From Aestuariivirga sp. (GTDB lineage Bacteria; Pseudomonadota; Alphaproteobacteria; Rhizobiales; Aestuariivirgaceae): a stretch of 52,940 bases of DNA. A model generated the notes under the pieces. It did no database searches. It was not told the DNA's origin and saw nothing but the letters and a program-made list of their open reading frames with translations. Each line of letters starts with the position of its first letter. Position 1 is the stretch's first letter. Positions 1 to 11,470 of the stretch are shown here, in pieces. Location: contig JAYUPT010000005.1 in assembly GCA_043759965.1 (NCBI GenBank), positions 1 to 52,940 on the forward strand. Reading direction: 5' to 3'. A program made the translations under genes and the position numbers.

Positions 1-192
1 AAGTTTGGAGTTTCCACAGCGTTCAGAATCGAATGGGTGAGCATAGTGGCAATCTAGCTTTTGTTTTCCGGAAACGGAACTCCCATCTTAACGACAAGAT
101 TAACGCCAATTTTGGCCTAAGTGCCGCATTGCAATAATATCACTTAAACAAATCTAATGGCGCTGGTAGTCTTCTTGGCAACACAGATTTGA

Positions 193-2406
<2,214 letters not shown>

Positions 2407-2413
2407 GTGAATT

Positions 2414-2443
2414 GAAAAGGCGGGTGGAAACATCCGCCTTTTT
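2414..2443 (+). terminator. Intrinsic terminator after katG
   Basis: AAAAGGCGGGTG-GAAA-CATCCGCCTTTTT: GC stem, GAAA tetraloop and U-tract, 7 nt after the stop. Confidence 0.85.
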
Positions 2444-2464
2444 CTTCCGATGCAAATTTAACCC

Positions 2465-2509
2465 TTAATAGAGGGTTAATTTGACTTTGTTTGGAATTAA
2501 ACGTAACAG
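2465..2509 (+). promoter_or_regulatory. Putative sigma70 promoter (TTGACT-N17-TAACAG) with an adjacent TTAA-N7-TTAA CtrA-like box
   Basis: TTAA-tagaggg-TTAA at 2465-2479; TTGACT 2481-2486; TAACAG 2504-2509; motif match only. Confidence 0.35.
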
Positions 2510-2596
2510 GCAGAAATATATAACCCCCGGCAATGGCGAATGCCCCTGTGGTTCCCAATTTACAATTTTTTCGCCAGATTGGTTTTTCTGATTTAC

Positions 2597-3955
2597 ATGA
2601 ACTTCTCCGACCTGGGCCTTAGCCCTAAAGTGCTTGAAGCCGTAACCGCCGCTGGTTACACCACCCCAACAGCCATTCAGGCTGAAGCCATTCCCCATGC
2701 CTTGCAGCGCAAGGATGTGCTTGGCTTGGCGCAAACCGGCTCTGGCAAAACCGCTGCCTTCGTGTTGCCCATGCTTTCCATGTTGGAAAAAGGCCGGGCG
2801 CGGGCGCGCATGCCACGCACTTTGATTTTGGAACCAACGCGCGAACTTGCAGCGCAGGTGGAAGAATCATTCGCCACACTTGGCAAGAATCATAAACTCA
2901 CCGTTGCGCTTCTGATTGGTGGAGTTTCGTTTGAACCGCAGGCCGCAAAGATTGATCGCGGTGCTGATGTGGTGATTGCAACGCCGGGCCGTTTGCTTGA
3001 TCATTTTGAGCGCGGACGCCTTTTGATGACGGGCATTGAAATGCTGGTGATCGACGAGGCTGACCGGATGCTTGATATGGGCTTTATGCCGGATATTGAA
3101 AAAATCTGTAAGCTTTTGCCTTTCACCAAGCAAACACTATTTTTTTCCGCCACCATGCCGCCAGAAATTCAGAGGATTACATCGCAGTTCTTACATAATC
3201 CAATTCGTGTGGAAACTGCGGCGCGTGGTTCCACTGTTGAAACCATCACGCAAATGCTGGTGAAGGCGCCGCATGAAGCAGCGGCAAAGCGCGATGCTTT
3301 ACGCAATTTGCTTCGCACGCAGACGAATGTAAAAAATGCGATTATTTTCTCCAATCGAAAAACCACTGTTGCCTTGTTAGAAAAATCACTCACACGCCAT
3401 GGTTTTAACGCTGGCGCTTTGCACGGCGATATGGACCAATCGGCGCGGCTTAAAATGCTCAATGCTTTCCGCAACAATGAGGTGACATATTTGATTGCTT
3501 CTGACGTTGCCGCACGCGGGCTTGATATTCCTGAAGTGAGCCATGTATTTAACTTTGATGTGCCCATTCATGCTGAAGACTATGTTCACCGCATTGGCCG
3601 CACTGGGCGGGCTGGCCGCGAAGGTGCTGCTTTCACGATGGTTACGAAGGAAGAAGCAAAATATCTGAAAGCCATCGAAACGCTGATCAATAAGGAACTA
3701 CCTTATTTTGATAATGGCGCGGTTGAAGATGTTGCTGACGCACCTAAAACTGAGCGCCCTGCCCGCAGTCCACGCCGCACTAAAGCGGCAAGAGTTCCGC
3801 GCAGTGTAGAAGCCGAAGTAGTTGTACAAGTTGCCAAGCCCGAGCGCGAACAAGAAGGCCGCAAAGCCCGCACGCGGCCAGAATTTTTGGCCGATGCGCC
3901 AAATGACCACGGCTTTCACGATGGCAACATGCCTGGCTTTTTAATGAAACGTTAA
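2597..3955 (+). CDS. DEAD-box ATP-dependent RNA helicase (RhlE-like)
   Basis: Q motif, AQTGSGKT, PTRELA, TPGRL, DEAD, SAT, HRIGRTGRAG; start moved to ATG 2597 (MNFSDLGL). Confidence 0.95.
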   Translation: MNFSDLGLSPKVLEAVTAAGYTTPTAIQAEAIPHALQRKDVLGLAQTGSGKTAAFVLPMLSMLEKGRARARMPRTLILEPTRELAAQVEESFATLGKNHKLTVALLIGGVSFEPQAAKIDRGADVVIATPGRLLDHFERGRLLMTGIEMLVIDEADRMLDMGFMPDIEKICKLLPFTKQTLFFSATMPPEIQRITSQFLHNPIRVETAARGSTVETITQMLVKAPHEAAAKRDALRNLLRTQTNVKNAIIFSNRKTTVALLEKSLTRHGFNAGALHGDMDQSARLKMLNAFRNNEVTYLIASDVAARGLDIPEVSHVFNFDVPIHAEDYVHRIGRTGRAGREGAAFTMVTKEEAKYLKAIETLINKELPYFDNGAVEDVADAPKTERPARSPRRTKAARVPRSVEAEVVVQVAKPEREQEGRKARTRPEFLADAPNDHGFHDGNMPGFLMKR

Positions 3956-4034
3956 GGCTTTTCGGCAGTCACACTCTTATAACCATTTGCCACTATACTG
4001 AGGGTTCTAAGCACTCTCTAATGAGCGGGCAAAA

Positions 4035-4331
4035 GTGACAACCGAGAACAAAAGAATAGCGCAGCGCATGCGGGTGCTGAAGGGTGCCAAGATCGTCAGC
4101 TTGAACAACTGGTCTGTGGTTGATTGCACTGTGCGCGATCTATCGGAAACCGGCGCTAAAATAATCTGTGGCGATCAAGCAGCGGTTGCCAATGAGTTTC
4201 GATTTCTGATGCCCAGCGACAACTCCATTCGCAATGCTAGGGTTGTGTGGAGGCGCGGTGATCTATTAGGTATAGAATTTACGAGTGAAAAAACCAGAGC
4301 ACCGGCGCGAAAACTGCAATCGGATATTTGA
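4035..4331 (+). CDS. Stand-alone PilZ-domain (c-di-GMP-binding) protein
   Basis: RxxxR (RIAQR) and DxSxxG (DLSETG) motifs; VVWRRGDLLGIEF C-terminal strand. Confidence 0.85.
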   Translation: MTTENKRIAQRMRVLKGAKIVSLNNWSVVDCTVRDLSETGAKIICGDQAAVANEFRFLMPSDNSIRNARVVWRRGDLLGIEFTSEKTRAPARKLQSDI

Positions 4332-4401
4332 GAACGCTGTTACTCTACCATGCCGAAGATGAGGCCCGCATGATAAAGAGCCACTGCGCCAAACATCTTT
4401 C

Positions 4402-4575
4402 TAGAGCAGTATGAGTTTACGTTGAAATACTAAAGTTACTGTCATCCCCGCATTTATTGCGGGGACCCATGGCGGCAACACGCTCATCGTTCGACTCGTT
4501 GTACGATGGGTCGCCGGAATAAATCCGGCGATGACAAATATAATATATGGATCAATCTAAAGTCATTGGGCTCTA
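4402..4575. mobile_element. MITE-like element with imperfect terminal inverted repeats and TA (CTAG-site) duplication
   Basis: Left end CTAGAGCAGTATGAGTTTACGTTGA vs reverse complement of right end CTAGAGCCCAATGACTTTAGATTGA (19/25 identical); CTAG on both sides; excision restores the tfoX frame. Confidence 0.75.
4440..4536. repeat. GTCAT/ATGAC REP-like palindromic dyad, copy A (nested in the MITE)
   Basis: GTCAT-CCCCGC-ATTTATT-GCGGGG-ACCCA...TGGGT-CGCCGG-AATAAAT-CCGGCG-ATGAC. Confidence 0.85.
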
Positions 4576-4630
4576 GCTGTCACGGCGCCGAAGCCTGCCA
4601 TTTGCTCCAGCACATGTTCAACTGTGGCAT

Positions 4631-4996
4631 TCATGCTGAGGCTGGAACGATCTGCACGCTTTCGCCGCAGCCACAGGCTGAAACTTGATTGGGGTTATTA
4701 AACACGAAACCGGATTTCAAAGCTGATGCTTGGAAATCCATTTCGGTGCCAAGCAGGAACATGATGGCTTTGGGGTCGATCAGAATTTTCGCACCCTTGT
4801 CTTCTACCACTTCGTCAAATTTGCCCTGTTCTGCGGCCCATTCCATCGTATATTCCATGCCAGCACAGCCGCCGTTCTTCACGCCAACGCGTAAGCCCAC
4901 ACCTTCACCACGCGCCATAAGCTCAGCAATGCGGGCTGCGGCGGCATCTGTCACTTTCATCACTTGGGGTCTTGGTCGTGCTTGAGCTTGGGCCAT
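4631..4996 (-). CDS. sufA: A-type Fe-S carrier protein (SufA/IscA/HesB family)
   Basis: GGCAGMEY and CGCGES motifs; last intact gene of the suf operon. Confidence 0.93.
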   Translation of the reverse strand: MAQAQARPRPQVMKVTDAAAARIAELMARGEGVGLRVGVKNGGCAGMEYTMEWAAEQGKFDEVVEDKGAKILIDPKAIMFLLGTEMDFQASALKSGFVFNNPNQVSACGCGESVQIVPASA

Positions 4997-5004
4997 GATC
5001 TATC

Positions 5005-5367
5005 CTACCACATATTCATTGCCATGCGAGCTTCTTCCGACATGCGGCTATGATCCCATGGCGGATCAAAGGTAATTTTTGCTTTAACACTGGCAACACC
5101 GCCCACAGTGGACACGGCATTTTCTACCCAGCCCGGCATATCACCCGCCACCGGGCAGCCTGGTGCTGTGAGCGTCATGTCAATCGCCACATTGCGATCA
5201 TCATCAATATCGACTTTGTAGATGAGGCCAAGTTCATAAATATCGACAGGGATTTCAGGGTCATAAACCGTCTTAAGGGCCGCCACAATATCATCGGTCA
5301 TCCGCGCCAATTCATCGGCGGGAATAGCAGACATATCGGGCGCGTTAGTGGTCAAAGTGTCGGTCAC
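5005..5367 (-). CDS. sufT: SUF system Fe-S assembly protein, DUF59/SufT family
   Basis: DPEIPVDIYELGL, TLTAPGCP and FDPPW motifs. Confidence 0.9.
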   Translation of the reverse strand: MTDTLTTNAPDMSAIPADELARMTDDIVAALKTVYDPEIPVDIYELGLIYKVDIDDDRNVAIDMTLTAPGCPVAGDMPGWVENAVSTVGGVASVKAKITFDPPWDHSRMSEEARMAMNMW

Positions 5368-6581
5368 GAGAATATCCTCTGAGCAGAGATAAGCGCTTGC
5401 GCCAATTTATCAACCTCCTCCATGGTATTGTACATGGCAAAGGAGGCGCGGCAGGTGGCGGTTACCCCGAAACGCTGAAGCAATGGTTGGGTGCAATGCG
5501 TACCCGCCCGCACGGCAATGCCTTGGCGGTCAATCACTGTTGCCACATCATGCGCATGAGCGCCATTCATCATAAACGAAATAATCGGGCCTTTGTTGCG
5601 GGCTTGGCCGAAGATTTTGAGCGAATTGATTTCGCGCAAACGGCTCATGGCATAATCATGCAAAGCCTTTTCGTGGGCGGCAATTTTATCAAGACCGATA
5701 GCTGTCATATAATCGAGTGCTGCACCAAGACCGATGGCTTCGACGATTGCAGGAGTTCCAGCTTCAAAGCGGTGCGGCGGATCATTGTAGGTGATGGTGC
5801 TTTCAGTAACTTCTAAGATCATCTCGCCACCACCTTGATATGGCGGCATTTTCTGCAAATGCTCAGACTTTGCATAAAGAACGCCAATGCCGGTGGGGCC
5901 ATAGGTTTTGTGGCCGGTGAACACGAGGAAATCAGCGTCCAACGCCTGCACATCCACATGGCCATGGACAGCTTGCTGGCTGGCATCGACCAGAACAGGA
6001 ATGCCTTTGGCGTGGGCGATTTTGATAATTTCAGCCACCGGAACCACTGTGCCCAAAGCATTGGACATGGCGGTGACAGCAATCATCTTGGTGCGCGGGC
6101 TGATGAGTTTTTCAAACTCATCAAGCAAAAAATTGCCCTCATCATCAATGGGTGCCCATTTGATCACAGCACCCCGGCACTCGCGGTGGAAATGCCACGG
6201 CACAATGTTGGAGTGGTGTTCGAGAATGGAGAGAATAATTTCATCGCCCTCACCAATCACCAAACCGCCAAAACTTTGCGCCACGATATTGATTGCATCG
6301 GTGGCATTACGGGTGAAGATGATTTGATTTTTGGACGGCGCATTGATGAAACGGCGCACGGACTCGCGCGCGTCCTCGAAAGCCTGTGTGGCCGCGTTCG
6401 ATAAGAAATGAAGGCCGCGATGCACATTGGCATATTCTTGCGTCATTGACTTCATCATCGCATCGAGCACGGCTTTGGGCTTTTGCGCGGAGGCGGCGTT
6501 ATCGAGATAAACCAGCGGCTTGCCATAAACCTCACGGGTGAGGATGGGGAAGTCTTGGCGGATTTTTTCTACGTCAATCAT
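5364..6581 (-). CDS. sufS: Cysteine desulfurase, class II
   Basis: YLDNAASAQKP, TGHK PLP lysine, RAGTHC catalytic Cys. Confidence 0.96.
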   Translation of the reverse strand: MIDVEKIRQDFPILTREVYGKPLVYLDNAASAQKPKAVLDAMMKSMTQEYANVHRGLHFLSNAATQAFEDARESVRRFINAPSKNQIIFTRNATDAINIVAQSFGGLVIGEGDEIILSILEHHSNIVPWHFHRECRGAVIKWAPIDDEGNFLLDEFEKLISPRTKMIAVTAMSNALGTVVPVAEIIKIAHAKGIPVLVDASQQAVHGHVDVQALDADFLVFTGHKTYGPTGIGVLYAKSEHLQKMPPYQGGGEMILEVTESTITYNDPPHRFEAGTPAIVEAIGLGAALDYMTAIGLDKIAAHEKALHDYAMSRLREINSLKIFGQARNKGPIISFMMNGAHAHDVATVIDRQGIAVRAGTHCTQPLLQRFGVTATCRASFAMYNTMEEVDKLAQALISAQRIFS

Positions 6582-6595
6582 TTCGCGCGTTCCTT

Positions 6596-6710
6596 CTCCT
6601 TCCCCCGAAAGGGGGAAGGTGGCGCGTTTGCGCTGGATGGAGTTGCGAGGACTTCAAATTACAAGCCATCGCTGCCCCACCCCGGCCCTCCCCAAAACTT
6701 GGGGAGGGAG
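6596..6710. repeat. CCTTCCCC/CCCTCCCC-type palindromic repeat (second family) between sufD and sufS
   Basis: Hairpins CCTTCCCCC-GAAA-GGGGGAAGG and CCCTCCCCAA-AAC-TTGGGGAGGG; same layout as 8722-8853. Confidence 0.75.
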
Positions 6711-6731
6711 GAAGATATGGTGAGTAAGCAC

Positions 6732-7949
6732 TCACTTTGCCTTCCTCTGCGTCAACCAGTTCTCAGCAAATGCCACCATCGCATCGCGCATGGCATCATT
6801 GACGATTCCATCAAAGGCTTCACCCACAAATGCGCCGATGAGCAAAGATTTGGCTTCCGCTTCTGGAATGCCGCGCGACTGGAGATAGAACAGGTGATCA
6901 TGATTGATGTCGCCAGCCGTTGCACCGTGTCCACACACTACATCATCAGCATAGATTTCTAACTCTGGCTTTGCGTCGAATTCGGCTGACTCAGACAGCA
7001 ACAAAGCGTGGCTGGATTGTTTGCCATCGGTCTTCTGCGCGTGTTTGCGCACAATCACTTTGCCTTGGAAAATGCCGCGAGCATTTTCATCCATCACGCA
7101 TTTAAACATTTCGCGGCTGGTGCAATGGGGTACTTTATGGTCCATCACGAGACACGAGTCGGCGTGTTGTTTGCCGTTCAATAGATATGCGCCAGCGATC
7201 AGCGCATTGGCATTTTCGCCCGCGAATAAATAATTTCCATTCTGGCGGTTGAGGGCAGCACCTGATGTGAGGGTGAACTCATTCAGCTTTGCAGCTTTTG
7301 CCAATGTGCAATCAATATAGGAAAGATGGGTCGCGTCATGCGATTCCAATTCCACTTTCACGCGGTCTAATCTAGCACCAGCACCTACATGAATTTCGGT
7401 GACGGCGTTCAGAACATAGTCGCCCTCGCCCACAAAGGTTTCGATGATAGTGGCGGATGCACCTTCGCCCACTTCAATGCGGTTGCGCAGCGCCATAGCG
7501 CGGGCCACACCAAGCGTTGCGACGTGGATGATTTCCACAGGCACATCTGTGTTACTTTCAAATCTCAAGGTGATGCCATTTGGCTTCAAGCTTGCATTCA
7601 GGACTACGACGGGATCCCCCTGCAAACCGTCATTCCCGCGCAGGCGGGAATCCAACTTGGTTACATCCGCGCTAGCCAAAAGTTGGATCCCCGCCTGCGC
7701 GGGGATGACGGAGCGTTGAGAATCGTAAATGCCATTGACGAACACTGCGCGATATTTTGTGACGCTGGCAAAGGGCGACGTAGCCATAAGACGGACCACA
7801 TCTTTGTCAGCTACAGCAATTTCTTGGCTGGGATATGGCTTATCAATGCGCGCGCGCAAATCGGTCCAGCGCCATTCCTCCATGCGGCGGTGCGGGAGCG
7901 ATACGCCGAAGGCTTCTTCCGCTGGAGTTTTGGTGAGAGTTAAGTTCAC
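6732..7949 (-). CDS. sufD: Fe-S cluster assembly protein SufD, carrying an in-frame repeat-derived segment
   Basis: MEEWRWTD, FQGKVIV, KPELEIYADDVVCGHGAT, LFYLQSRGI; lies between sufC and sufS. Confidence 0.95.
   Translation of the reverse strand: MNLTLTKTPAEEAFGVSLPHRRMEEWRWTDLRARIDKPYPSQEIAVADKDVVRLMATSPFASVTKYRAVFVNGIYDSQRSVIPAQAGIQLLASADVTKLDSRLRGNDGLQGDPVVVLNASLKPNGITLRFESNTDVPVEIIHVATLGVARAMALRNRIEVGEGASATIIETFVGEGDYVLNAVTEIHVGAGARLDRVKVELESHDATHLSYIDCTLAKAAKLNEFTLTSGAALNRQNGNYLFAGENANALIAGAYLLNGKQHADSCLVMDHKVPHCTSREMFKCVMDENARGIFQGKVIVRKHAQKTDGKQSSHALLLSESAEFDAKPELEIYADDVVCGHGATAGDINHDHLFYLQSRGIPEAEAKSLLIGAFVGEAFDGIVNDAMRDAMVAFAENWLTQRKAK
7627..7711. repeat. GTCAT/ATGAC palindromic dyad, copy B, inside the sufD coding sequence
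   Basis: CCGTCAT-TCCCGC-GCAG-GCGGGA-ATCCAACT...AGTTGGAT-CCCCGC-CTGC-GCGGGG-ATGACGG; arms nearly identical to the intergenic copy at 39328-39406. Confidence 0.9.
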
Positions 7950-8701
7950 GCAACCTTCTCCACAAACTCGGCATAGCCATTGGCTTCCAATTCCAAAGCC
8001 AATTCCTTGCCGCCAGATTTAACAATTTTACCCGCCGATAACACATGCACAAAATCTGGCACGATGTAATCGAGCAAACGCTGATAATGGGTGATGACGA
8101 TCATGGCGCGATCTGGTGAACGCAGCGCATTCACACCATCGGCCACCACTTTCAGCGCATCAATATCGAGGCCAGAGTCAGTTTCATCCAACACGCAGAG
8201 CGAAGGTTCCAGCACCGCCATTTGCAAAATTTCAGCGCGCTTTTTTTCACCGCCAGAGAAGCCAACATTAACTGGGCGCTTGAGCATTTCTTGGCTGATG
8301 TTCAGTTTCGCCGCACGCTCTTTCACAAAGCGCATAAAATCGGGAATAGACAATTCCTTTTCGCCTCGCGCCTTGCGTTGTGCATTCAACGCCACTTTGA
8401 GGAATTGCATGGTGGCAACACCGGGGATTTCGATGGGGTATTGAAAAGCCAAAAACACACCCTTGGCGGCACGTTCATTGGGGTCCATGGCCAGCAAATC
8501 TTCGCCCTTGAACTGGACGCTGCCTTCGGTGACTTCATAACCATCACGGCCTGAGAGCACATAGGAGAGCGTGGACTTGCCCGAGCCATTCGGCCCCATA
8601 ATAGCATGAACTTCACCTGGCTTCACATTGAGTGAAAGGCCTTTCAGAATTTCGCGCGGTTCGTCTTCGAGTTTGACGTGGAGGTTTTTAATTTCGAGCA
8701 T
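7946..8701 (-). CDS. sufC: Fe-S cluster assembly ATPase SufC
   Basis: GPNGSGKST Walker A, FSGGEKKR, LDETDSGLD; start ATG 8701 (MLEIKNL); the longer ORF-track start lies in a repeat. Confidence 0.96.
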   Translation of the reverse strand: MLEIKNLHVKLEDEPREILKGLSLNVKPGEVHAIMGPNGSGKSTLSYVLSGRDGYEVTEGSVQFKGEDLLAMDPNERAAKGVFLAFQYPIEIPGVATMQFLKVALNAQRKARGEKELSIPDFMRFVKERAAKLNISQEMLKRPVNVGFSGGEKKRAEILQMAVLEPSLCVLDETDSGLDIDALKVVADGVNALRSPDRAMIVITHYQRLLDYIVPDFVHVLSAGKIVKSGGKELALELEANGYAEFVEKVA

Positions 8702-8721
8702 ATTACTTCTTTCTATTATTG

Positions 8722-8853
8722 CCCTTCTCCCCTTGAGGGAGAAGGTGCCCGAAGGGCGGATGAGGGGTATGGTTGGTCTGGGTGAGGTGCTTGAATTTGG
8801 CAGCCCCCTCATCCGGCGCAAGTGCGCCACCTTCTCCCTCAAGGGGAGAAGGG
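8722..8853. repeat. CCCTTCTCCC-type palindromic repeat between sufB and sufC
   Basis: Perfect 26-bp terminal inverted repeat CCCTTCTCCCCTTGAGGGAGAAGGTG / CACCTTCTCCCTCAAGGGGAGAAGGG, plus an inner GGATGAGGGG/CCCCTCATCC pair. Confidence 0.88.
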
Positions 8854-8869
8854 AAGAAAAGGGAAGTGA

Positions 8870-10384
8870 TCATCCGACTGATCCTTCCAATGAAATGCCA
8901 ATCAGCTTCTGTGTTTCGGCCATGAATTCCATGGGCAATTGTTGCAGCACATCACGCACGAAGCCGTTGACGATTAATGCCACGGCTTCTTCCTGTGACA
9001 GGCCGCGTGACATGCAGTAGAACATTTGATCATCGCTGATCTTGCTGGTGGTGGCTTCGTGTTCGAACTGCGCGGTGGAGGTTTTCGACTCGATGTAAGG
9101 AACCGTGTGGGCACCGCATTGGTCGCCGATCAACAAGCTATCACACTGCGTGAAGTTGCGCGCGTTGGTGGCTTTGCGGTGAGCGCTTACCAAGCCACGA
9201 TAGGTGTTGTCACTGCGGCCAGCGGCGATGCCTTTGCTGATGATGCGGCTGGAGGAGTTTTTGCCCAAGTGAATCATCTTGGTGCCTGAATCAACCTGTT
9301 GGCGGCCATTGGAAATGGCGATGGAATAGAATTCGCCGCGTGAGGATTCGCCGCGCAAGATCACACTTGGATATTTCCAAGTGATGGCTGATCCAGTTTC
9401 AACTTGCGTCCACGAAATTTTGGAGCGTGCGCCCCGGCAATCGCCGCGCTTGGTCACAAAATTATAAATACCGCCCTTGCCTTCAGCATCGCCGGGATAC
9501 CAGTTTTGCACGGTGGAATATTTTATCTCGGCATCTTCATGGGCAATCAATTCCACCACTGCGGCATGAAGCTGGCTTTCCTCGCGCGTGGGCGCGGTGC
9601 AGCCTTCGAGATATGAAACGTAGGCGCCCTTATCGGCGATGATCAGCGTGCGCTCAAATTGGCCGGTATTCTTGGCGTTCATGCGGAAATAGGTTGAAAG
9701 CTCCATCGGGCAGCGCACGCCGGGGGGCACATAAACAAATGAGCCATCGGAGAACACAGCACTGTTGAGGCCAGCATAATAATTATCATTCTGCGGAACA
9801 ACACTGCCTAGATATTGCTTCACTAAGTCTGGGTGTTCGCGCAGGGCTTCGGAGATTGAACAGAAAATCACGCCGGCTTTGGCTAGCTCGGCTTTGAACG
9901 TAGTCACAACCGACACGCTATCAAACACCGCATCAATGGCCACGCGGCCTGCGATGATTTCATTGCCTTCATCATCCAAATGGCTGGGTTCACCTTGTTT
10001 GCGAATTCCAGCGAGAATTTCTTGCTCCTTCAGCGGGATTCCTAATTTGGCATAGGTTTCCAAAAGCTTGGGATCAATCTCGTCCAAGCTTTTGGGTGCG
10101 GCCATGGATTTTGGGGCCGCATAATAATACAGGTCTTGAAAATCAATTTTGGGATAATGTACGCGTGCCCAAGTGGGCTCTTCCATGGTGAGCCACACAC
10201 GATATGCTTCCAAGCGCCACTCCAGCATCCAGGCGGGTTCGCCCTTTTTGTTTGAAATGAAGCGTACGATATCTTCATTCAAACCCTTGGGCGCATAGTC
10301 GGACTCGATATCGGTTTCAAAGCCGTATTTATATTTATCGACTTCAATCGTTTTCACGAGATCAATGGTATCTTGGTCGGCCAT
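8870..10384 (-). CDS. sufB: Fe-S cluster assembly protein SufB
   Basis: YKYGF N-terminus, [36 protein letters not shown]-terminus. Confidence 0.98.
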   Translation of the reverse strand: MADQDTIDLVKTIEVDKYKYGFETDIESDYAPKGLNEDIVRFISNKKGEPAWMLEWRLEAYRVWLTMEEPTWARVHYPKIDFQDLYYYAAPKSMAAPKSLDEIDPKLLETYAKLGIPLKEQEILAGIRKQGEPSHLDDEGNEIIAGRVAIDAVFDSVSVVTTFKAELAKAGVIFCSISEALREHPDLVKQYLGSVVPQNDNYYAGLNSAVFSDGSFVYVPPGVRCPMELSTYFRMNAKNTGQFERTLIIADKGAYVSYLEGCTAPTREESQLHAAVVELIAHEDAEIKYSTVQNWYPGDAEGKGGIYNFVTKRGDCRGARSKISWTQVETGSAITWKYPSVILRGESSRGEFYSIAISNGRQQVDSGTKMIHLGKNSSSRIISKGIAAGRSDNTYRGLVSAHRKATNARNFTQCDSLLIGDQCGAHTVPYIESKTSTAQFEHEATTSKISDDQMFYCMSRGLSQEEAVALIVNGFVRDVLQQLPMEFMAETQKLIGISLEGSVG

Positions 10385-10387
10385 AAA

Positions 10388-11470
10388 TTAAGCAGCTTTC
10401 GCTTTGAAGCGTTGGTTGAGTTTGCGCCATGCGGCGATGAAATGTTGGACGTCTTGAGCCGTGGTGTTCCATCCCAAAGATACGCGGATGGCGGCGCCGG
10501 AGATTTCGGGTACGACACCCATGGCTTGCAATACGCTTGAATGGGCAACCTTGCCTGATGAACAGGCCGAACCAGAAGACACAGAAATGCCCTCAAGATC
10601 AAAACTCATCAGCAGAGTTTCGGCGCGCATTCCGGCATGGCCGAAATAAATTGTGTTGTTGAGACGTGGCGCACCTTGGCCAAATATCACGCAGCCTTCG
10701 AGGGCTTGTTCAATTTCGCTGGTTAGTTTCTGCATGCTGATTTCAGCACAAGACGTGAGGGCGGCAAAACCCGCCATGCCGATTAAATTTTCTGTGCCGG
10801 GCCTTCTGCGCAATTCTTGGCCACCGCCATGCAGCAAAGGCTCCACCACCAAACCATCGCGGATGATCAATGCGCCAATGCCTGTGGGGCCTCCCACTTT
10901 GTGGGCGCCAACTGTCATCATATCAACGCCCAGCAAACCAAAGTTCACTTTGGTTTTGCCGAAGGCTTGCACAGCATCCACATGGGTGAGTGCGCCCGCC
11001 TTGCTGGCCAAGGCCACAATATCTTGAATGGGTTGAATGACGCCAGTTTCATTATTGGCGAACATGACAGACACAAGAGCTTTGGGGCCATGAAGCATTT
11101 TCTCAAGTGCTGATAAATCCACGCGGCCAAAATGATCAACGGGGATAATCTCAACAGGGTTGCCACTTGCTTGAGCGGCGGCGAGCACACTTGGGTGCTC
11201 TACCGCTGATATGAGAATACGCTCCACAGCCACACCGCGCAGCGCCATGTTATTGGCTTCGGTGCCGCCAGATGTAAATGTGAGCATGGGGCCCAGGCAG
11301 CCCAAATGGAATGCCAGCTTATCTCTCGAGTCATCCATGTGCTTTCGCGCATTGCGGCCTTCAGCATGAATGGATGAGGCATTGCCATCAATTGCCATAG
11401 CAGCCGTCATCGCCTGCTTTGCCTCAGGGCGCAGTGGGCTGGTGGCATTATGGTCGAGATAGGTTCTCAA
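10388..11470 (-). CDS. Cysteine desulfurase, class I (IscS/NifS-like)
   Basis: YLDHNATS, FTSGGTEANN, AHKVGGP, SSGSACSS; likely TTG start overlapping the iscR stop (TTGA). Confidence 0.92.
   Translation of the reverse strand: MRTYLDHNATSPLRPEAKQAMTAAMAIDGNASSIHAEGRNARKHMDDSRDKLAFHLGCLGPMLTFTSGGTEANNMALRGVAVERILISAVEHPSVLAAAQASGNPVEIIPVDHFGRVDLSALEKMLHGPKALVSVMFANNETGVIQPIQDIVALASKAGALTHVDAVQAFGKTKVNFGLLGVDMMTVGAHKVGGPTGIGALIIRDGLVVEPLLHGGGQELRRRPGTENLIGMAGFAALTSCAEISMQKLTSEIEQALEGCVIFGQGAPRLNNTIYFGHAGMRAETLLMSFDLEGISVSSGSACSSGKVAHSSVLQAMGVVPEISGAAIRVSLGWNTTAQDVQHFIAAWRKLNQRFKAKAA

Larger units (their letters stand above)
4340..4634 (-). pseudogene. TfoX/Sxy N-terminal-domain gene remnant interrupted by a MITE
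   Basis: ATG overlaps the sufA stop (ATGA). Removing the insert joins MNATVEHVLEQMAGFGAVTAR to KMFGAVALYHAGLIFGMVE*, matching the TfoX_N pattern (vtaRkMFGgyglY.dg.iFg.v); the 3' part is missing. Confidence 0.75.

Noticed and set aside
88-105. TTAACG direct repeat upstream of katG as a CtrA box; ATAG-N7-CTAG near 44-58 as an OxyR site
   Set aside because: The TTAA spacing is 8, not 7, and only one imperfect OxyR half-site is visible.
7389-7943. 184-aa plus-strand ORF containing VIPAQAGIQ
   Set aside because: Antisense shadow of sufD; the motif arises because the embedded repeat is palindromic.
8702-8842. 47-aa N-terminal extension of SufC
   Set aside because: It is read through a palindromic repeat; the typical SufC start MLEIKNL is at 8701.
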